In this document: positions 51,698-64,000 of the stretch, in pieces
How positions within the stretch are numbered: the first letter of the stretch is position 1
Layout of the letters: the number at the start of each line of letters is the position of its first letter
Notes under the pieces: generated by a model
Seen by the model: the letters and a program-made list of their open reading frames with translations, nothing else
Told to the model about the DNA's origin: nothing
Databases searched by the model: none
Position numbers and translations under genes: made by a program
Source: Octopus vulgaris
Taxonomy: Eukaryota
Assembly (NCBI GenBank): GCA_951406725.2
Contig: OX597817.1
Coordinates: forward strand, 5,952,001-6,016,000
Direction of reading: 5' to 3'
Length of the DNA: 64,000 bases

Positions 51698-51981
51698 TAA
51701 TATCTTCGCTTATAACAGTGTGTTTACAGCAGTTAGTTTTGTATTGAAACAAAAAAAAAAAAAATTCCATCCTCATTTCTACTTGAATATTTTGTTTTAA
51801 ATAATCAGATTTGACTTCGTGTTTCTGGTTTAGTTGTCTTTTTCTGCTTTCATTGATATTCATGCAGTAATTCGGTAGAATATAAGTAATCGGTATTATC
51901 TTGAAAATTTTCCGCTTCTTTTACATCAAGGAATACACGAAAAGGAATAATCATAATAATGATAATGATAATGATAATAAT

Positions 51982-52017
<36 letters not shown>

Positions 52018-52018
<1 letters not shown>

Positions 52019-53343
52019 TGTAATTTTCTATGCAGCTGTTCGTGTGAGCAACGCTGGAAATTGGTGCCACCCCTGCCCCTGGAAAGGGCAGTGTAACTTC
52101 TGAGTCTGTTAATATAACAATGACAAATAGTAAAAAACATAAAACAATAATATCAGTGATATCAGTGTTGATAATAATAATAATGATGAAAGGAATCGGG
52201 TGGAATGTTCCCATGTCCTGATTAATGATACATCTAGTGATGGTGTCACAATAAAAACATTGGTAATTGCGCAACCTGATAATCGCTACCTCATATGACT
52301 GACAATGAAAAAACAACATATTGTGAATAACGGTGGTAATGAAACTGAAGCCATTAATGGTGACAGTGTTGCACTCGGCAGGCTCAGAGATTCTGGTCCG
52401 GCTCGAACCTGTCGATATCCAGAAAGGGACCACCACAGACGGCGCAGATGGAGCAAGCAAATTAATGCTGTGGTCATGGAGTGTTACTACCTGAGCAAAC
52501 CTGTAGATGAAAATGGTGCTCAAATTAGGGGTTATCGTCAAGGTATGTATGATCATTGGAGAGAAAAGGGATTGTTTCAACTTACGGAACAGAGATTATG
52601 TGATCAAGCTAGAGCAATAAAAAAATTTGGTTCACAGAAGGAGAGCTCGAAGATATGAAAAGACGGGTATTGGTAAATAGCAGAGGAGGTAATGATGAAA
52701 ATAGAGTTCTTACTAATAAAAATAATCTCATAGCACAGGAAAGGAGTAGTGGTAGTTTATTTGATGAGAGACATGTAGATGATCTAAAAGAGGACAATAA
52801 AACTAATGGCGACATAATAGATGAACAAAAGGCAATCTACGACAGAATAAAGGCAAGACCACAGGAGAACAATAATGACAGTATTTGCAGCCATATTCTG
52901 AAATATGCTAATACACGCAGAAAAAGAAATTAAGGCCAATAGGCCGGATATAGATGTTAGGGATCACTACGAAAAAGATATGCTTTCTAATCGATGTATC
53001 AATACGAACAGATGACAATGTTTCTATAAAAGAAACGGAGAAATTTTCAAAATACAGAGAACTGGAAACAGTTATACCTCGAATGTGGAGTCTAAAAACA
53101 GAAGCAATTCCTATCAAAATAGGCGCAATAGGTATGATAAAAAAACGTTTACACAAATGCATAACACAACACCAGTACTTACGCGTATATATAACATACA
53201 AAAATAGCACTATATAGGTATCGCTCACATCCTTCGTAAAATACAGTGAAAATAAGGGCACCACAACCAAACCACAGCACATACCCAAGGCCCACAAAGC
53301 TGCGCTTGGTAGTACAGTAAAAGAACGTGATAAAATAAGACTA

Positions 53344-53346
<3 letters not shown>
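52018..53346 (+). mobile_element. R4/Dong-clade non-LTR element lacking the whole RT, flanked by (TAA)n
   Basis: N-terminus W..VMECYYLS..RGYRQGMYDHW..TEQRLCDQARAI joined near 52885 to a restriction-like endonuclease KANRPDI..LIDVS..EKFSKY.EL; (AAT)n on both sides. Confidence 0.82.
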
Positions 53347-53390
<44 letters not shown>

Positions 53391-55559
53391 TAATAATAAT
53401 ATGGATTTAACATAGATACAATAGAAAAACCCACGCAAGGAAACCCAGAAAATATAATCTGACATGTAAACAAAATGCAAAATGCTTGAGAAATTTTGAT
53501 ACCTCAATTTTTATACAAATACTGCCGTACTGTGAATTCGCCATGAAAACTTCTTAATCGAATAAATCGACCCTAGTACTTTATATTCAAGACTGGTACT
53601 TATTCTATTGGACTGTTGTATCGAACTGCTAAGTAACGGGGGAAATATGTGTTTAATTTGCGCAGTATACAAAGAAGGCATTACCAATGAGAATGCCACT
53701 GCTGATGTATATTAAAAACAAATGTGCAAATCCAAAAGGCAATTAAGTGTCTGTCGAGAAATTCAAGAAATTCCCAGGGCAGTAATATATAATTTTACAT
53801 AATCCATTGGATTAATTTGACTAAAGCATAATATTCGTATCATATTCCGAAGACCTTTACCAGCATGCTTTCAATAGATTGTAATCCACTTAAAATACTC
53901 AAGTGTCAATCTGTGGTGTTAAACTGGGTAACAGATTCAATTTACCACTCAAGAAGAGGAATGGTTTGTCGCAGGAATTGCTTTATACACAATTACGTAT
54001 ACCAAATTTTACCAACAAACTTTGCTTCACCGGAAACTGTGGTAGAATGACAAGCTCAAGATGCAGCATAGTAGATTTCAATACAAATCCACCTATTTGT
54101 GAAGCAAGCTTCTTCACCACACAGGCATGTAAGCACACATTACATGTAATTCATATACACTTAAACATATGTACATCGTTGCATTCATGAGATATTTAGA
54201 CATGTGATTTATAAGATCATTCCACCTCACAACATTTCTATTTGAAAACTTAAAACTAGGTTATATCAGATGAAGACGAAATTACTGAGAAAATATATAT
54301 ATTAGTCCATAAATATTAAAAGTAAATGATAAGAAGCAGAAAAAAAAGAAAGAAGGAAGTAGTAAGCTTGAAACTGAAGTATTGTATTTCATTTATAGAA
54401 ATATAAAGCTAAATGGCAATAGTTCTTACAATGGAATTCTGAAATTAAATAGAATACAGTAAACAGAAGAATAAGCAGGAAATATATTTATGAAGAGAAA
54501 TATTTCGTCGTATAAAAAAAAACAACAAAAACAAATAGCAATAACTACATTTTGGATTTTATTTAATTATAAGTGTATATTAATGTTGAAATACATAAAA
54601 AGAGAGTAGAAAGCTTCAATTATCATGTACAGACACTATTTTATTGAATAATGTCAATGAATGTTTAATGTTCAGCAGAACGTCAAATAAGTATTTACAT
54701 ACGAATGTAATATTTAATCGTTATGTCGTAGTGTCCAGGCAACCAGTAATTTCAAATCAATGCAGAAATCTAAGTTTTTGGAACTACACTAAAGGAAAAT
54801 ATTTAAATTACAATTCCATCTCCAGTGGACAATGATCAACCTAATAGGAGTATTCGGGGCCTAGAAAAGACGATGGAAATAGCATGTGGCTTCGGTGAAT
54901 GTAGCAAATATTTAGACTGCCCTAAATTTGGAGGTGATGGAAAGTTCAGAACATTGACGTAGCATAATTTTCTTTCACATGATGACCTGGTATTATCTAT
55001 GATTATTTTATCTGCGGTATTGAGATTATGTTATAAGCGTAATTTATTTAACTTTGAATTTTGAAAAGTATTTAAAATGATGGAAAAATAGTTAAAAGAT
55101 GGAATTTGAAATAAAGTTTATAAAATAAAATATTCTACCAAAAATGATATAATTTTTACTGGTGCTACAAGGGTTTCACATAGAAATTGCTCTGTGCGTG
55201 ATAGATCTGATGACATGAAACCTTCATGCGATCTGGAATAACTATTAGAAAGGTTGTAGTCACTTCTCTGATGAGAGCATCCAAACCAATGGAAACGGGT
55301 ACATTCACCTTCAAGAGAGACCACTCAGGTACGAGAATTCAGAATAAAGATGAAATTGCAGATATACGTGTATACGTGTGTGCATAAGTGCGCAATTGAT
55401 CAGTATATTTGTATGCATATGCTAAGCAATGAGAATATAAGTGGATAAATGTATACTAATATAAACATATGAATACAGCGAAACGCATATATATATACAT
55501 ATAATAATAACAATTTAATAAATAAAGCATATGGATACATACATATATGTACATACCTA

Positions 55560-55760
55560 CATCTATATGTATATATACATGCATATATGAGTACAGGACA
55601 CCACAAATAAACGTAGAACACAACGAGAAACGAAAACATAAAACCAAACAAGGAAACGGACCTTTTTTAACAACGAAAAAACAGAGTACAAGACAAACAA
55701 TACAAGGAACATTCCCCTTCTTCAGCTGCCCCTGTTTCGACTCAATGCGTGTTTCGAAGG
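55560..55760 (-). mobile_element. Fragment of the repeat family also at 10310-10500 (probably Penelope-like)
   Basis: Shared GCATATATGAGTACAGGACACC...GAGAAACGAAAACATA. Confidence 0.6.
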
Positions 55761-56152
55761 TATCATAATGAAAAGAAACGAAATATCGATATTTTGAAAG
55801 CATTTAGAACGTAATTTTTAGATCTGCATACGCATACTGATTCCGTCGAGGGTTTATATGTTAGACTGTTTTCTATAGTTAATATTCTGTGAATGCATAT
55901 AACTACATTTATATAAATTTCACTCGTCACCGCTTCTAAACATACGCAGAATATGTGCATGTTTGCACACTTAACGCTATGAAATCATAGTTCCGAAATT
56001 TAGCAGTAAATATAAGTGGCTATATTGGTGCAATTGGTCAGCAAAATTATCGCAGAAATAAGTTGTGCGATTCCCATGCGATTTGCACGTGAACTTATAT
56101 CCGTTTTCTTTCATCGCGCAGCTTAAATGATCTGATACTAGGCTAGTTTCTA

Positions 56153-56350
56153 AGGCTGTTAACTGGCATAATCGTTAGTATGTCGGGCAAAATACTTATC
56201 AGGATTTCGTCCGTCCTTACTTTCCGAGTTCGACTTTGCTTTTCATCCTTATGAGCTCAATAAAATAAGTACCAGTTGAACACTGAGGTCGATGTAATCG
56301 ACTTACTCCCTCCCCCGAACTTTCTGGCCTTGTGCCAAAATTTGAAACCA
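56153..56350 (+). mobile_element. SINE family A, older copy
   Basis: CTGGCATAATCGTTAG...CGACTTTGCTTTTCATCC...AAGTACCAG. Confidence 0.8.
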
Positions 56351-57041
56351 ATATTAGACTATTTCTATTGCTAATATACAGTGAAAGCTTATAACTATAT
56401 TTACAAAATGTCCACACGTCACCCTTTCTCAACTTCCATAGAATACGAACACGTTTACATATTTTGGAAAGTATTAACTGAGGAAGATAACTTGTAAGGG
56501 ATGTATTTCCTATTCTGTATTAAGCAGATGTGAAACGTACATATTAAATGCTTTCAGAATATCAGTATTTGTACAAACTAGCCCCCGCCTTACACCAGTT
56601 ACGTGGATTCTCTAACAAAGATTTGGAGTAGTTTGTTATATTTGATTCGAATAGAAATTTCTGGAACACTGCATCACTTCTAAGCATGATAAGAATATAT
56701 ATACATATATATGCATACACGTCTATACACACATATGTGTATATGCTACATACACAGGCATACATATAGGTATGTGTGTATGTATATACAGGAAAATAAA
56801 TATGAGTATGTACACATAATAAACAGACATAATCACAGATACACAAAACATACACACACACACTTATACACACATCCACCAATATTGAAAATAAATTGAA
56901 TTATGAATTGTCTAAACAAATATTTCTTAGAAATATCTAGGCAACACAGAAGCAGGAATAACAGATAATACTCGTTGTATGTCACCTTGACAAGCTGTAT
57001 TTCTATATTTCAATTTTGTGAAAGTGTCTGTCTTGTCTTAC

Positions 57042-57097
57042 TTTATTTGGATATGATGCACTCATTGTTTGTGTTTTCCCATCAAATCACAGCATAT
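57042..57097 (-). other. Candidate 5' exon, possibly containing a start codon (MSASYPNK)
   Basis: Strong TTTCTCTCTTTGTGTTTGCTTTAG acceptor and GTAAGA donor; all frames are closed upstream of acaATG. Confidence 0.25.
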
Positions 57098-57942
57098 CTA
57101 AAGCAAACACAAAGAGAGAAATGGAGTGACAGTGCTGAGCAGTGATGTATATAAATACAAATGTGTTACGGGTTCAAATATGCTTGAAGCATATTCGAAC
57201 CCCTCACCGAATTTTGGCATGTATACAATTTCTCTCTGTAGACAGATAGGCATAAACACATCGAATCATTTCGCAGCGTCCGTGGCAAGACTACTGGACG
57301 CATGCATTTCGGAGTAGTTTTCTACTCTTCAGCAACACAAAAAGGAAATGCGAACTCTGTGACCTGACACTCGAAAATTTTCCTATTATAACCACATTTA
57401 CATAAATTTTACTGGTTTCATTAGTCGGCGGCTTGTTGAAAGTAAAATATGAAGCAATAACACTAAGCAGTGATACAAACTCAGGACGTAAGAAAGTCTT
57501 TCGCTGTGTTTTGCCACGGAAAAAAGCTTTTCGCTGTAGACAAATAGTAGAAAACACGAGTCATTCCTCTCAGAAACGATGTTCTTCTGGCTGCTAGTCA
57601 TAAGAGAATTTATTACTCTTTCCTTGTCTTATGTGCCACGTGATACACAGGACATTTCCCTGACGTCCATGCATTGTATACAAGACACTTTCTCAATATT
57701 TTCAGCCCCTAGAATGAAAGGAGTGCTTGGTATTACTGAGAGCATATGAAACAAGAGTTAACTAGTAGTCTTAGAGCAAGCATAGGCGTTTAGGACGAAC
57801 TTGTGGAAGGCAAAATATCAAAAACATTTGGTCAATCTGAATTTTATGAGTCGCATTTTGTAACGCATTTACATTTCGTTGCCGCTATATAGGACGATCG
57901 AGCTTTAATCAAATGCATTCCAGATATGATCATTTCATCCTT

Positions 57943-57989
<47 letters not shown>

Positions 57990-58144
57990 ATAAAAGAAAC
58001 AAGGTAAAAATAATGGTCATTACATATTTTCCTTTATTGGGGCAAATTCGGCTTACAGCTGTTTCCAGTAGTCATTATAGGTACATTAATGATAAGTTTA
58101 CTATTAGATATACATATACATATATATCCACAAGTTTTATTTTT

Positions 58145-58395
58145 ATTTTATCTCTGTTTATTTTCTCTTATTCCTTTCTGTTGAAGAGCGTAGGCCCGAA
58201 ACGTAAAATACTTTTTCACTTTCCCGAGCGTCAAACTAATGCACCTGCTTGTTCATACACTTGACGAAGACAGGTGGTGTACAAAACAAACAGATGTATT
58301 AGTATAACGCTCAGGAATAGAAAAAGTCTTTTACGTTTCGAGCCTACGCTCTCCTACGGAAAGGGACACAGAAAAAAACAAGGAGAGGAAAAAAA
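58145..58395. mobile_element. Penelope-like fold-back with two opposed hammerhead-like motifs
   Basis: Plus 58174-58209 CTTT-CTGTTGAA-GAGC-gtag-GCCC-GAAA-CG-TA-AAAT; minus 58328-58363 CTTT-CCGTAGGA-GAGC-gtag-GCTC-GAAA-CG-TA-AAAG. Confidence 0.65.
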
Positions 58396-58418
58396 TGTGT
58401 GTTGTGGCTAACGATCTA

Positions 58419-59170
<752 letters not shown>

Positions 59171-60004
59171 CCAAAGGTACGCTCTTCGACAGAAAGGACA
59201 CAGAAATAAACAGGTAGAGAAAATAGAAAAAAATAGAAAAATAGGAATGTTAGTACATATGTGTGTGCGTGTGTGTATGTATGTATGTATGTGTGTATGT
59301 GTGCGCATGCGTGTTTGTGTGTGCGCATGCGTGTGTGTGTGTGTGTGTGTGTGTGTTTTGTGAGTAGTTCCAAAGTTGCATTAAAAAATACGACCTGCTT
59401 TTATTCAGAATGACACACTGTCATCGTTTGAACATTAATCAACAACAGACATATTTTAAACAAAATATCGATAAATCAATAATCGATTGTTAGAAGACTT
59501 CAATCCGTCACACACACCCCGCCGAAAGTAAAAAAATGGAATAATCTCTACTGGTGTTTTCCATTTCTTTCTTTACGTAATTCTTAACTACCGAACGATC
59601 TATTCACATTACTCCCAGCCTAACAACCCAGAAACCAACCTACCACACTCTTGTTTACCATGCGTTAGTGTGTGGTTTTCCTATTATGTATCTTTCTAGC
59701 CAGAGTAACTGATCTGGATAACACAAGCCTACCTACCTGCTTACCTCAGTTATACTTGCAAGACTGTTTATGGAGCCACCTGCTAACTAATCTATAGACT
59801 AACCTGCTCCTATATCAGCAGGCTTTATGTTAACCTTCAGCCGAAATCGAATAATTGAAGGAATCTTTCTAATAACATTTAATGCAGTTCAAATAAGCGT
59901 TTTTGTCAGATTACGTCACGTTAGATATATCACGCATTTTCACACTCACAATGTCTGTCAATCAATTTAGCTACCTTTGTGTGTGTGTGTGTGTGCGCGC
60001 GCGC

Positions 60005-60078
<74 letters not shown>

Positions 60079-60784
60079 GTGTGTGCGTGCGTGTGTGTGT
60101 TTACATCTTTCTCTCTTTCACTTTCTAACTACGTCTTTCTTTCTTTTTCTCTTTCTTTCTTTCCTTCTCTCTCTCCCTCTCTCTTTCTTTCTCTCTCTCT
60201 CTTTCTCTCTCTCTCTCTATCTATCAATCTATCTGTGTATCTGTCTGTCTGTCTTTCTGTATGTGTATGTATGTATCTATCTATCTATCTCGCTCTCTGC
60301 AGACACACACATATGTTTAGAAGTGCATATAGACTTACATACAAATATATATATATATATACACATAATAGAAATATTAAAATTACTAAGTCTCTCTAAA
60401 AGAGAACAACGGCAGCGTTCCCGGAAAATATTAGTTATCGCCATACTAATATGGCATTCTTATAAAAATAAGAATAAAGCTGACCGCTTATTAGCTCCAT
60501 GTTCAAAGGTTATATGGATACAGTTTGTGTATCAAATAGCTAACTTAAGGCGATGGCCTCATGGAGCTAATAAGCGGTCAGCTTTATTCTTATTTTTATA
60601 AGAATGCCATATTAGTATGGCGATAACTATTATTTTCCGGGAACGCTGCCGCTGTTCTCTTTTAGAGAGACTTAGTTATTTTAATATTTCTATTATTGAA
60701 AACAAGTGGATGTATTCCACCGAAACTAGGTAAATAAAACCATCGAACAGAGATTGTCGGAAGCGACACCTACTGGCTGGCTAC

Positions 60785-60826
60785 GCTGCATTGAAAAGGG
60801 GCAATACCCCGAAACGCGTCTGTAGC
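60785..60826 (+). ncRNA. Minimal type I hammerhead, U3:A8 core variant (copy 1)
   Basis: GCTGCA-TTGAAAA-GGGG-caata-CCCC-GAAA-CGCG-TC-TGTAGC; predicted cut after 60820. Confidence 0.82.
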
Positions 60827-61145
60827 TGCCGGTCAAGTAGTGTGGAGCGTCTGACCTCCTTGTTCGAAGGTTATATGGATACAGTTTGTGTATCAAATAG
60901 CTAACTTAAGGCGATGGCCTCATGGAGCTAATAAGCGGTCAGCTTTATTCTTATTTTTATAAGAATGCCATATTAGTATGGCGATAACTATTATTTTCCG
61001 GGAACGCTGCCGCTGTTCTCTTTTAGAGAGACTTAGTTATTTTAATATTTCTATTATTGAAAACAAGTGGATGTATTCCACCGAAACTAGGTAAATAAAA
61101 CCATCGAACAGAGATTGTCGGAAGCGACACCTACTGGCTGGCTAC

Positions 61146-61187
61146 GCTGCATTGAAAAGGGGCAATACCCCGAAACGCGTCTGTAGC
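61146..61187 (+). ncRNA. Minimal type I hammerhead, U3:A8 core variant (copy 2)
   Basis: Identical to copy 1, 361 nt downstream; predicted cut after 61181. Confidence 0.82.
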
Positions 61188-61643
61188 TGCCGGTCAAGTA
61201 GTGTGGAGCGTCTGACCTCCCTTGTTCGAAGGTTATATGGATACAGTTTGTGTATCAAATAGCTAACTTAAGGCGATGGCCTCATGGAGCTAATAAGCGG
61301 TCAGCTTTATTCTTATTTTTATAAGAATGCCATATTAGTATGGCGATAACTAATATATATACACATATAAGCATGTATGCATATATATTGATATATATAT
61401 AAATACATACATACGTATATATGAATATATGCACATATACACATATATATGGATACATGCATACTTGTACGTATTTTTTATGTGCACATGAATGAATAGG
61501 GAAATATATTGACTATCGCTATATTCATGTTTTCATATACATAAACGAATACATATATGCACTTACACACACACATATACTAACACAAACACACATACAT
61601 GTATCCATTTATGAATATATATATAAAGAGGGAGCTCAATAAA

Positions 61644-61689
<46 letters not shown>

Positions 61690-61907
61690 CCTGTCACAAC
61701 CTGGGACCTTAAAGACTGCTATAATGCAAGAAAGTATACTAGCCCCTTAATATTTTATATTCAATATTTCATCTATTCAATAAAACAATCAATACTTCAT
61801 TTCATTTTACTATATATACTATTTATAATATATATTCTATATTCTACATTAACATTATAAAGAATATAAACAAAACATAAAAAACAGAGTTGGAATTTCT
61901 TTGAATA

Positions 61908-62014
<107 letters not shown>

Positions 62015-62108
62015 ATTCAAATAAGAAAGCACAAAAAAACACAACAACGCGAGGACGTGGAACAAATATAGTATTATTGGACGCTCAGGAAAGAAGGAAA
62101 GAAGGAGG

Positions 62109-62143
62109 GTTTAACGTTTCGAGCGGAGCTCTTCGTCGGAAAC
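62109..62143 (-). ncRNA. Ultra-minimal hammerhead variant (35 nt)
   Basis: GTTT-CCGACGA-A-GAGC-tcc-GCTC-GAAA-CG-TT-AAAC; stem III region is the palindrome AACGTT. Confidence 0.65.
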
Positions 62144-62928
62144 ATAGGAGAAGGAAAGATCCAGAGAAGGGAAGAGAGGGGGAAAAATCGCCAACAGTAC
62201 ACACGCGGTCACATTTTGAATGTATATACATATAGATAGATAGACAGATTGATAGATGAATAGATAGACAGATAGAGAGATTGACAGATTGACAGAAAGA
62301 TAGGTAGACATTAGAATACGATTGCCTACGTATATGCGGCAACCATGGAGTTGCTAGATACCTTAAATACCTCAAGTAGCCCACTTGTAAGGTGACATCA
62401 CGAACTTTGAAAAGAAAGAAAATGTGGATGCAATATGCTCGGGGATGTGATTGGAATGAGGAAAAGTATCCGGCCGAAGAAAAGAATGTCAAAATGGAGA
62501 CGTAGAAACTGTCATCTGATATGCCGGACTCTGCCGAAGAGTCCAACACGTCAGCATGAAGGAAAGACGTAAAACGACGTGGGCATTGATGAAGATGACA
62601 AGGATGATAATGATGAGGATGATGATGATGATAATGGTGATGATGACGATGATGATGAAGTGGAAAGAGAAGTATTAGGAATTGGTGGGTAATACATAAT
62701 GTCTACGCGCATGCGCGCACATACACGTTCACCCCCCCCACACACACGTATATGAATATAGATATATTTGTTAAAAATGTACTTATCTATTGATTCACTT
62801 ATGGTCAGTCACCTAACTTCCTTCATATTGAAAGCCCAGTACCCAGGCGTCCTACACGTAGATGAATCCTGAACTGAATGCGTACATATACATATATACA
62901 CAAATACATGCCTACATATGTATATATA

Positions 62929-63240
62929 TCACCGTGATCACCGTGACCGACCAGGCCATCAGATTATGTTACACATCGCAGGTCACAATGCGCTTCGCAT
63001 TGTTTTAGCTTTCAAATGACGCCACCCCGCTGGCTAAGCGAGCAGGCCAACAGAAGAAAGAGTGAGAGAAAGTTGTGGCGAAAGAGTACAGCAGGGATCG
63101 CCACCACCCCCTGCCGGAGCCTCGTGGAGCTTTAGGTGTTTTCGCTCAATAAACACTCACAACGCCCGGTCTGGGAATCGAAACCGCGATCCTACGACCG
63201 CTAGTCCGCTGCCCTAACCACTAGGCCATTGCGCCTTCAC
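62929..63240 (-). mobile_element. SINE family C, tail type 3
   Basis: Same head as 17278 and 23903; tail with AATGCG-aag-CGCATT hairpin and terminal (TCACGGTGA)2. Confidence 0.85.
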
Positions 63241-63259
63241 ATGTATATATATATAAAGC

Positions 63260-63790
63260 AAAATGTAACAAGAAAACCAAGGCTGTGTGGAATTTATATG
63301 ACATTCATAAAGAGAAAGGCAGTCTTACAGCTGTTTCTGGGATATTAGGATAAATCTATTCATCAGAGACGATATGAGAGAGTCAACTAGAGGGAAATAG
63401 TAGAGTTCAATATAAGGAGATACTTTGGAAAAGGATGGATATAAGAAGTATTAAGGGAAATAAGAGAACAAAAATAAAAGTAAAAACATATGTAGAATGT
63501 TATGGTTGCAGTACCACTTTCCTTGTGTAATACAATGCAGTTGTAATATCCTACATTCATTTTTATTTTTAGTTTTATTCTTATAGTTCCCTTAATACTT
63601 CCTATATCCATCCTCTTCCAAAATAACTCCTTATATTGAACTCTACTATTTTCCCCTCGTTAACTTTCTCATATCGTCTCTGATGAATAGATTTATCCTA
63701 ATATCCCAGAAACGGCTGTAAGAGACTACCTATCTCTTTATAAATGTGCCATAAATTCCACACCGCCTTGGCTTTGTTGTTTCCTTTTAT
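63260..63790. mobile_element. ~530-bp Penelope-like fold-back with hammerheads on both arms (63322-63370 minus; 63676-63724 plus)
   Basis: Arms ~63260-63505 and ~63544-63790; GTCT-CTGATGA...GAAA-CAGCTG-TA-AGAC with partly decayed stem II; same family as 10125-10176. Confidence 0.8.
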
Positions 63791-64000
63791 TTAACATATA
63801 CATGCTCACCCAAAACCCGCATTAGACTCCTCACTCGTATTATTATCGAACCGAGTGTCTAACTACGGTTCTCCCGTGGTATATATATATATATATATAT
63901 ATAGCCTTACCTGTCATCTTGGGTCTTCTAAATACCAATACCTCTCATATCATTACGCGCGCGCGCACACACACACACATACACACAAACACACACATAT

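Larger units (their letters stand above)
60365..61353 (+). mobile_element. Hammerhead-bearing ~361-bp tandem repeat (~2.4 units) preceded by an inverted partial unit; Penelope pLTR / retrozyme-like
   Basis: Units start at 60501, 60862 and 61224 and are near-identical; 60365-60501 is the reverse complement of ~60560-60696; (TA)-rich flanks; no recognisable coding sequence. Confidence 0.9.

Noticed and set aside
55200-55310. Two CTGATGA...GAAAC matches
   Set aside because: No convincing stem I or stem II pairing; cannot be told apart from chance or extreme decay

Overview
Eukaryotic, AT-rich, microsatellite- and transposon-dense DNA. The SINE repertoire strongly resembles octopus (cephalopod) repeats; this is my recognition, not a database result. 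I found no intact long protein-coding gene, and almost all supplied ORFs are microsatellite read-throughs or transposon debris. The window holds at least three tRNA-derived SINE families (one forming head-less tandem arrays), four decayed mariner elements plus a MITE, and L1/Tx1, CR1-like, RTE and R4/Dong LINE relics. It also has Helitron pieces, a 100-N gap, and a few isolated minus-strand exon candidates suggesting the window lies in the long introns of one gene. The most striking signal is about ten type I hammerhead-ribozyme motifs with palindromic stem III and variant cores, inside short Penelope-like (PLE) fold-back elements. The best is a near-identical ~361-bp tandem repeat (60.5-61.35 kb) with a U3:A8 hammerhead in each full unit, a candidate retrozyme-like, circRNA-producing element. 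All family assignments come from motif recognition by eye.
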